From Malacoraja senta (Eukaryota), in contig JAXLNO010002915.1 in the NCBI GenBank assembly GCA_038087875.1, forward strand, positions 1 to 64,000: a stretch of 64,000 nt of DNA. Direction: 5' to 3'. How positions within the stretch are numbered: position 1 is the stretch's first letter; the number at the start of each line of letters is the position of its first letter. The notes below the pieces were generated by a model, which worked only from the letters and a program-made list of their open reading frames with translations, was not told the DNA's origin and searched no databases. Positions 53,949-64,000 of this stretch are shown piece by piece. The translations under genes and the position numbers were made by a program.

Positions 53949-55007
53949 AAATAGACCAGTATTTGCTGGTCGTCAATTTTGGCATAGTTAGTCAGATAGA
54001 CATATATATTATTAGGTCCACATATATCTAATATGTACATAGTACATTACTATGTATAATACTCATTAACCGACTGTCCACTATTTCATTATATTATATG
54101 TATAATACTCATTAGTAAATGTCCAACTATTACATTATATATAATTTTTAACCCCCACTTTTATGATATTCACCAGAATCATTACTAATTATCCACTCAG
54201 TTACCTCATTCTTCTCTTAATCGTTAAACTGTGGCATACGTTCTTAAATAAGTAATATATTAATATTAGTTAATTGTTAGGGCTGGCGAGAACCGACCAA
54301 TACCCTAATATATCCCCCTTTGCACGGTTTGTGGTATCGATCTTGATTTATTCCCCAGAACTTGTTCAAATGCCCACATTAGGCACCCTTTTACAGGCTA
54401 ACGTCTCTTAATCGCGTCAGTCTTATACTTCCTCTAGTTCCCTCGGTTGTCATTCTACTCTTAATCGTCTCAAGATTTCCAGTCCTCCCAGTTTTTTTAG
54501 GGGGATGAGACAATCACTAACCCTCCAGACTTCTCTGTCGGGTTGCGGCCGGAACACACAGTGAAATTGGTCCTATCCTCAACATAATATCACAAAAACC
54601 TCGCTACTTAAATCATTCGCTGGTCTTCTACTTGTCAAATTAGGCAGTACTCACAAACTAAGGCCCATTAAGTAATTTAACTCTCATCCATAGATATGAA
54701 AAATTGAATATAAATTTAATAAAGACATTTTATTAAACCTCATACTATTAAGAATAAATATTTGATTAATGGGAAAAACTAAAAACTCATAACCACAAAG
54801 ATCTATATATAGGCATAAACTATATTATATAGGTCCCCCCGGGTCGGGAAAAAAAAAAAAGGCCAATAACATTTTTTTGGGAAAAACCCCCCTCCCCCTT
54901 AATATACACAGCTATCTCGAAAAACCCCTAAAACGAGGGCTAATGTATATTTATTTCTGCATTGACATGTGGTAAATTTCGTCATATACAGTGTGACACT
55001 ATGCCAT
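53949..55007. promoter_or_regulatory. Control region, copy 4
   Basis: Copy 1 +50169. Confidence 0.94.
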
Positions 55008-55076
55008 GCTAGTGTAGCTTAATGCAAAGCATAGCACTGAAAATGCTAATATAAAGTTTAAAACCTTTCACAAGCA
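55008..55076 (+). tRNA. trnF: tRNA-Phe, copy 4
   Basis: Copy 1 +50169. Confidence 0.9.
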
Positions 55077-56043
55077 CTGAAGGTTTGGTCCTGGCCTCAG
55101 TATTAATTTCAACTAAATTTACACATGCAAGTTTCAACACTCCAGTGAGAACGCCCTAATCAAGCCCTTATTTGTTTAGGAGCTGGTATCAGGCATATAC
55201 AGTGTGTATAACCCATGACACCTCGCTTAGCCACGCCCCCAAGGGAATTCAGCAGTGATAGACATTGAATAATAAGCGCAAGCTTGAATCAGTTAAAGTT
55301 AAAAGAGTTGGTTAATCTCGTGCCAGCCACCGCGGTTATACGAGTAACTCACATTAATACTTCACGGCGTAAAGGGTGATTAAAAGTTTCTAAAAAGTAC
55401 TAAAGTTATAACCTTATAAAGCTGTCATACGCACCTATAAAAGGAATAATACATTCACGAAAGTAACTCTAACCAAATAGAGCTTTTGACCTCACGACAG
55501 TTAAGACACAAACTAGGATTAGATACCCTACTATGCTTAACCATAAATAGACCTTTACCACTACTTACTTTGTTTAAGTCCGCCTGAGAACTACAAGCGC
55601 TAGCTTAAAACCCAAAGGACTTGGCGGTGCCTCAGACCCCCCTAGAGGAGCCTGTTCTATAACCGATAATCCACGTTAAACCTTACCACTTCTTGCTTCT
55701 ACCGCCTATATACCGCCGTCGTCAGCTCACCCCATGAGGGCACAAAAGTAAGCACAATGGACTTCCTCCAAAACGTCAGGTCGAGGTGTAGCGAATGAAG
55801 TGGAAAGAAATGGGCTACATTTTCTTTCAAGAAAACACGGACAGTAGAATGAAAAATCACTTATAAGGTGGATTTAGCAGTAAGAAAAACTTAGGATATT
55901 TTTCTGAAACCGGCTCTGAGGCGCGCACACACCGCCCGTCACTCTCCTCGACCTATCCCACTCCATTTTATAAATAACTTTATTATTCAAGAGGAGGCAA
56001 GTCGTAACATGGTAAGTGTACTGGAAAGTGCACTTGGAATAAT
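55077..56043 (+). rRNA. rrnS: 12S rRNA, copy 4
   Basis: Copy 1 +50169. Confidence 0.95.
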
Positions 56044-56115
56044 CAAAATATAGCTAAATTAGTAAAGCACCTCCCTTACACCGAGGAAATACCCGTGCAA
56101 CTCGAGTTATCTTGA
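56044..56115 (+). tRNA. trnV: tRNA-Val, copy 4
   Basis: Copy 1 +50169. Confidence 0.9.
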
Positions 56116-57795
56116 ACCTTAAAACTAGCCTAACCACCATTAATTAGCCTCAATATTACTAATAAACTATTTTAATATTTTGTACTTAAAACATTTTCAC
56201 ATTCCTAGTATAGGTGATAGAACAGAAATACTTAGCGCTATAGAGAAAGTACCGTAAGGGAAAGCTGAAAAAGAACTGAAACAAATCATTAAAGTAATAA
56301 AAAGCAAAGATTCACCCCTGTACCTTTTGCATCATGATTTAGTAAGAACAAGTGGGCAAAAAGACTTTAAGTCCACCTTCCCGAAACTAGACGAGCTACT
56401 TCGGAGCAGCATACTAGAGCCAACCCGTCTCTGTGGCAAAAGAGTGGGAAGACTCCCGAGTAGAGGTGACAAGCCTACCGAGCCTAGTGATAGCTGGTTA
56501 CCCAAAAAAAGAACTTAAATTCTGCAATAATTCTTCACCTCATCAACCAAGATTATCCAAATAAGGTGACTTGTAAGAATTATTAGTTATTTAAAAGAGG
56601 TACAACTCTTTTGAATTAAGAAACAACTTTATTAGGAGGGTAATGATCATATTATTAAAGGACCTCACCCCAGTAGGCCTAAAAGCAGCCATCTGATTAG
56701 CAAGCGTCATAGCTCCAGCCCTTAACCAACCAATAATTCCGATACACACCTCCAAACCCCCTAACCAATATTGGGTTTTTTTATTCTTATTTAATAAAAG
56801 AACTGATACTAAAATGAGTAATTAGAGGACTAACCTCTCCAAAACACCCGTGTAAGTCAGAAAGAATTCAATCACTGATTATTAACCGATACCAACCTGA
56901 GGTTATAATACTAATAATAATAAACTAGAAAAACACATTTATTAAATCGTTAACCCTACACAGGAGTGTTCCCAGGAAAGATTAAAAGAAAATAAAGGAA
57001 CTCGGCAAACACAAACTCCGCCTGTTTACCAAAAACATCGCCTCTTGCAAACTCTGTATAAGAGGTCCCGCCTGCCCTGTGACATTGTTTAACGGCCGCG
57101 GTATTATGACCGTGCGAAGGTAGCGTAATCACTTGTCTTTTAATTGAAGACCTGTATGAAAGGCATCACGAGAGTTTACCTGTCTCTATTTTCTAATCAA
57201 TGAAATTGATTTCCCCGTGCAGAAGCGGGGATATAAACATAAGACGAGAAGACCCTATGGAGCTTTAAACACTTAAGTTATTATCTATTTAATAATTAAT
57301 CTAAAGACTTAACCTACCATAATGATAGTCTAACTTAATGTTTTCGGTTGGGGCGACCAAGGAGTAAAATAAAACCTCCTTATCGATTGAGTATTTTTAC
57401 TTAAAAATTAGAACGACAGTTCTGATTAATAGAATATCTAACGAACAATGACCCAGGATTAAATCCTGATCAATGAACCAAGTTACCCTAGGGATAACAG
57501 CGCAATCCTTTCTAAGAGTCCATATCGCCGAAAGGGTTTACGACCTCGATGTTGGATCAGGACATCCTAATGGTGCAACCGCTATTAAGGGTTCGTTTGT
57601 TCAACGATTAATAGTCCTACGTGATCTGAGTTCAGACCGGAGTAATCCAGGTCAGTTTCTATCTATGAAGATATTTCCCCTAGTACGAAAGGACCGGGAA
57701 AATGAAGCCCATGCCCCAGGCACGCTTCTCCCTCATCTGTTGAAATTAACTCAAACAGTAAAGAGGGGTTAATCTCCTACTAAAGATTATAGTTC
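56116..57795 (+). rRNA. rrnL: 16S rRNA, copy 4
   Basis: Copy 1 +50169. Confidence 0.95.
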
Positions 57796-57870
57796 GTTAA
57801 GGTGGCAGAGCCTGGTAATTGCAAAAGACCTAAACTCTTTGATCCAGAGGTTCAACTCCTCTCCTTAACC
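57796..57870 (+). tRNA. trnL2: tRNA-Leu(UUR), copy 4
   Basis: Copy 1 +50169. Confidence 0.9.
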
Positions 57871-58845
57871 ATGTTAAAAATTATTGTTACTCAAATTATT
57901 CACCCTCTAACCTACATTATTCCAGTATTATTAGCCACAGCATTCTTAACCCTAGTAGAACGGAAGATCTTAGGCTATATACAACTTCGTAAAGGACCTA
58001 ATGTAGTAGGACCTTACGGCCTTCTCCAACCAATCGCGGACGGACTAAAACTTTTTACCAAAGAACCAGTACGCCCTTCACACTCCTCTCACTTTCTTTT
58101 CCTAATTACCCCAACCACAGCCCTAACCTTGGCCCTACTCATATGAATACCACTACCACTACCCCACTCTATCCTTAACCTTAATCTAGGTTTACTATTT
58201 ATTCTAGCCATCTCCAGCTTGACCGTTTATACCATCCTAGGCTCAGGCTGAGCCTCCAATTCTAAGTACGCCTTAATAGGAGCCCTACGTGCTGTAGCAC
58301 AAACTATTTCATATGAAGTAACCTTAGGCTTAATCCTACTATCCCTAGTAATTATAACAGGAGGCTTTACACTACACACATTTAACTTTACCCAAGAGAC
58401 AATTTGACTTCTTATCCCCGCCTGACCCCTGGCTATAATATGATATATCTCAACCCTAGCAGAAACTAACCGAGCTCCCTTTGACCTCACTGAAGGGGAA
58501 TCAGAACTAGTCTCTGGATTTAATATTGAGTATGCAGGAGGACCATTCGCCTTATTTTTCCTAGCTGAATATTCTAATATCCTAATAATGAATACATTAT
58601 CCGTCATTCTATTTATAGGCATCTCCTATAACCCCCTATTTCCACAAATTTCAACACTCAGCCTTATAATTAAAGCCACTATATTAACTCTCCTATTTTT
58701 ATGAATTCGCGCCTCCTATCCACGATTTCGCTATGATCAACTCATGCACTTAGTATGAAAAAATTTCCTACCACTTACATTGGCCCTTATCTTATGACAC
58801 ATTATACTACCAACTTCCATAGCAAGTCTCCCACCCCTTACCTAA
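57871..58845 (+). CDS. ND1: ND1, copy 4
   Basis: Copy 1 +50169; ATG seen at 57871. Confidence 0.96.
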
Positions 58846-58915
58846 GGAAGAGTGCCTGAACTAAAGGATCACTTTGATAGAGTGAAACATGAATGTTAAA
58901 ATCATTCCCCTTCCT
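58846..58915 (+). tRNA. trnI: tRNA-Ile, copy 4
   Basis: Copy 1 +50169. Confidence 0.9.
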
Positions 58916-58986
58916 TAGAAAAATAGGAATTGAACCTACCCCCTAGAGATCAAAACTCTATGTACTTCCTGTTATACTACTTCCTA
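58915..58986 (-). tRNA. trnQ: tRNA-Gln, copy 4
   Basis: Copy 1 +50169. Confidence 0.9.
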
Positions 58987-58987
58987 A

Positions 58988-59056
58988 AGTAAAGTCAGCT
59001 AATTAAGCTTTTGGGCCCATACCCCTACCATGTTGGTTAAAATCCTTCCTCTACTA
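58988..59056 (+). tRNA. trnM: tRNA-Met, copy 4
   Basis: Copy 1 +50169. Confidence 0.9.
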
Positions 59057-60103
59057 ATGAACCCCCTCGTACTATCCATCCTTATCCTTAGCCTAGGTTT
59101 AGGCACTACAATTACATTCATAGGATCCCATTGACTTTTAATTTGGATAGGCTTAGAAATTAATACTATAGCCATTATCCCCCTAATAATTCATCAACAA
59201 CACCCACGTGCAGTAGAAGCCACCACCAAGTACTTCCTCACACAAGCAACAGCTTCTGCACTTCTCCTATTTGCAGGAATAACAAACGCCTGAACAACAG
59301 GACAGTGGAATATTACTGATATACTTTCACCAACCTCCGCCACACTAATTACATTAGCCCTAGCCTTAAAAATTGGTCTAGCACCCATACACTTCTGACT
59401 ACCAGAAGTCCTCCAAGGACTAAACCTAACCACCGGACTTATCCTTTCCACATGACAAAAACTTGCCCCCTTTGCCATCCTACTCCAACTTTATCCACTT
59501 CTCAACCCAAACATTCTTATAACTCTAGGAATTGCCTCCATCATCATTGGGGGGTGAAGCGGACTCAATCAGACACAATTACGAAAAATTCTAGCATATT
59601 CATCAATTGCACATCTAGGATGAATAATCACTATTATTCACTTCGCCCCTAACCTAGCCTTACTAAACCTTGTTATCTACATTATTATAACCACCTCAAT
59701 ATTCCTTCTCTTTAATACACTCAACTCAACAAAAATTAACTCAATCTCCGTATCCGCCACCAAATACCCTCTGCTCACAATTATATCCTTAGTAACCCTA
59801 CTCTCGCTAGGAGGACTACCCCCTCTCTCTGGATTTATACCAAAATGACTTATTTTACAAGAACTGACTAAACAAAACCTCCTGGTTCCTGCCACTATCA
59901 TAGCCTTAGCAACCCTACTTAGCTTATTTTTTTACCTACGCCTCTGCTACGCAATAACCTTAACTATCTCCCCCACCCCTATCTTCTCCTTCTCCTCCTG
60001 ACAAACAAAAACTACTCAAATAAACATCTTACTCACAACCACCACCTCCTTCTCCATCCTCCTCCTCCCTCTCACCCCAACACTATTAACATTATTCACA
60101 TAA
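59057..60103 (+). CDS. ND2: ND2, copy 4
   Basis: Copy 1 +50169. Confidence 0.95.
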
Positions 60104-60171
60104 GAAATTTAGGTTAACAAGACCAAAAGCCTTCAAAGCTTTCAGTAGGAGTTTAAATCTCTTAATTTCTG
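60103..60171 (+). tRNA. trnW: tRNA-Trp, copy 4
   Basis: Copy 1 +50169. Confidence 0.9.
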
Positions 60172-60172
60172 A

Positions 60173-60241
60173 TAAGACTTGCAAGACTCTATCTCACATC
60201 CTCTGAATGCAACCCAGATGTTTTAATTAAACTAAAGTCTT
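60173..60241 (-). tRNA. trnA: tRNA-Ala, copy 4
   Basis: Copy 1 +50169. Confidence 0.9.
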
Positions 60242-60314
60242 CTAGATAAGCAGGCCTTGATCCTACAACATCTTAATTAACAGCTAAGCGTTCAAGCCGA
60301 CGAACTTTTATCTA
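60242..60314 (-). tRNA. trnN: tRNA-Asn, copy 4
   Basis: Copy 1 +50169. Confidence 0.9.
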
Positions 60315-60350
60315 GGCTTCTCCCGCCGCCGGAAAAAGGCGGGAGAAGCC
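60315..60350. other. OL, copy 4
   Basis: Copy 1 +50169. Confidence 0.9.
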
Positions 60351-60414
60351 CCGGGAGAACCTTTTCATCTCCGTCTCAGGATTTGCAATCTTGTGTAAAC
60401 TTTACTACGGGACT
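60346..60414 (-). tRNA. trnC: tRNA-Cys, copy 4
   Basis: Copy 1 +50169. Confidence 0.89.
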
Positions 60415-60484
60415 TGATAAGAAGAGGACTCTAACCTCTCTTCACGGAACTACAGACCGCCGCTTAACTCTCAGCCATCTTACC
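60415..60484 (-). tRNA. trnY: tRNA-Tyr, copy 4
   Basis: Copy 1 +50169. Confidence 0.89.
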
Positions 60485-60485
60485 T

Positions 60486-62042
<1,557 letters not shown>

Positions 62043-62113
62043 CAAGAAAGGAAGGAATTGAACCCCCATAAGTTGGTTTCAAGCCAACCACATCACCACT
62101 CTGTCACTTTCTT
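62043..62113 (-). tRNA. trnS2: tRNA-Ser(UCN), copy 4
   Basis: Copy 1 +50169. Confidence 0.9.
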
Positions 62114-62182
62114 GAGACTCTAGTAAAACAATTACATCACCTTGTCAAGGTAAAATTGTGGGTTGAACTCCCACGAATCTTA
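62114..62182 (+). tRNA. trnD: tRNA-Asp, copy 4
   Basis: Copy 1 +50169. Confidence 0.9.
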
Positions 62183-62187
62183 AACCA

Positions 62188-62878
62188 ATGGCACACCCAT
62201 CACAATTAGGATTTCAAGACGCAGCCTCCCCAATTATAGAAGAACTTCTCCATTTCCATGACCACACATTAATAATTGTTTTTCTTATTAGTACACTAGT
62301 TCTCTATATTATTGTTGCAATAGTAACTACTAAACTGACTAATAAGTATATCTTGGACTCACAAGAAATTGAAATTGTATGAACCATTCTACCCGCTATT
62401 ATCCTCATTATAATTGCACTGCCCTCATTACGAATCTTGTATCTAATAGACGAGATTAATGACCCGCATATTACAATTAAAGCATTAGGTCATCAATGAT
62501 ATTGAAGTTATGAATATACAGATTATGAAAACTTAGAATTTGATTCATATATAATCCAAACTGAAGACTTAAACCCCGGACAATTTCGACTCCTAGAAAC
62601 AGATCACCGTATGGTTGTTCCAATAGAATCCCCAATTCGAGTTCTAGTCACCGCAGAAGATGTCCTACACTCTTGAACGGTCCCAGCACTCGGAGTAAAA
62701 ATAGATGCAGTCCCCGGACGCCTTAACCAAGTCGCCTTTATCATCTCCCGTCCCGGTGTCTATTATGGACAGTGTTCAGAAATTTGTGGTGCTAACCACA
62801 GCTTTATACCAATTGTTGTTGAAGCAGTGCCCTTAGAACACTTTGAGAATTGATCTTCATTAATACTAGAAGAAGTTT
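62188..62878 (+). CDS. COX2: COX2, copy 4
   Basis: Copy 1 +50169. Confidence 0.96.
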
Positions 62879-62951
62879 CATTAAGAAGCTAACAGGGTCC
62901 AGCATTAGCCTTTTAAGCTAAATATTGGTGATTCCCAACCACCCTTAATGA
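62879..62951 (+). tRNA. trnK: tRNA-Lys, copy 4
   Basis: Copy 1 +50169. Confidence 0.9.
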
Positions 62952-62952
62952 C

Positions 62953-63120
62953 ATGCCTCAACTCAATCTTAATCCATGATTCTTAATCTTTCTATTTTCC
63001 TGATTGTTTTTCCTGATTGTCTTACCACACAAACTGACATCTTACCTATTTAATTATGCCCCTACCCCAAAAAATACTGAGAAACAAAAACCAGAACCCT
63101 GAAACTGACCATGATCCTAA
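62953..63120 (+). CDS. ATP8: ATP8, copy 4
   Basis: Copy 1 +50169. Confidence 0.94.
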
Positions 63121-63794
63121 ACTTCTTTGACCAATTTCTAAGCCCTTCACTTATAGGTTTACCCCTAATTGCCCTAGCAATCGTTATACCAGCACTAATT
63201 TTCCAAACCCCCTCCAATCGATGACTTAACAATCGCCTAATTACCCTACAAACATGGTTCATTAACCGATTTACGCACCAACTCCTACAACCACTTAACC
63301 TCGGAGGTCACAAATGAGCCATTATTCTTACAGCACTTATACTTTTCTTAATTACTATTAATCTATTAGGACTTCTTCCTTATACATTTACACCAACAAC
63401 ACAGCTCTCATTAAATATGGCCTTTGCCCTCCCCCTATGACTAACAACAGTTTTAATTGGTATACTAAATCAACCCACTATTGCTCTAGGTCACCTCCTC
63501 CCAGAAGGTACCCCCACCCCTTTAATCCCAGTTCTTATCATTATCGAAACTATTAGTCTATTTATTCGCCCCCTTGCCTTAGGAGTCCGACTTACAGCCA
63601 ACCTTACAGCAGGACACCTACTAATACAACTAATTGCAACAGCAGCCTTTGTATTAATTTCTACTATACCGGCAGTAGCACTCTTAACTTCTATTGTATT
63701 ATTCCTCCTCACCCTTTTAGAGGTCGCCGTAGCCATAATCCAAGCCTATGTATTTGTCTTACTCCTAAGCCTATATTTACAAGAAAACGTCTAA
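63111..63794 (+). CDS. ATP6: ATP6, copy 4
   Basis: Copy 1 +50169; ATG seen at 63111. Confidence 0.95.
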
Positions 63795-63796
63795 TA

Positions 63797-64000
63797 ATGG
63801 CCCACCAAGCACACGCATATCATATAGTTGACCCAAGCCCATGACCATTGACAGGAGCCATTGCTGCTCTCCTCATAACATCTGGCCTAGCCGTTTGATT
63901 CCATTTCCACACCATATCACTCCTTCTTCTAGGACTTATTCTCCTTGCTCTTACAGTTATTCAATGATGACGAGATGTTATCCGGGAAGGGACATTTCAA
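63797..64000 (+). CDS. COX3: COX3, copy 4, 3'-truncated by window end
   Basis: Copy 1 +50169. Confidence 0.94.

Overview
The whole window is a head-to-tail, same-orientation concatemer of one complete vertebrate mitochondrial genome with a constant 16,723-bp period (units start at 1, 16724, 33447, 50170; about 3.83 copies). Each unit has 13 protein genes, 2 rRNAs, 22 tRNAs, OL and a ~1.06-kb control region in canonical vertebrate order. The genes read through in the vertebrate mitochondrial code (TGA=Trp, ATA=Met); the supplied ORF track is fragmented only because it treats TGA as a stop. Protein and control-region sequence point to an elasmobranch, most likely a skate (Rajiformes); the species needs a database check. 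There is no nuclear flank, junction scar or visible indel. The copies are not identical: by eye I found three copy-private transitions (16506, 32289, 53117), all of the mitochondrial heavy-strand deamination type. The simplest explanation is an assembly roll-around of circular mtDNA built from heteroplasmic molecules. A real multimer or a recent tandem mega-NUMT cannot be excluded from sequence alone. I found no convincing novel gene system. RNA gene ends are read by eye (+/- a few nt), and coordinates in copies 2-4 are copy-1 coordinates plus the period, spot-checked.
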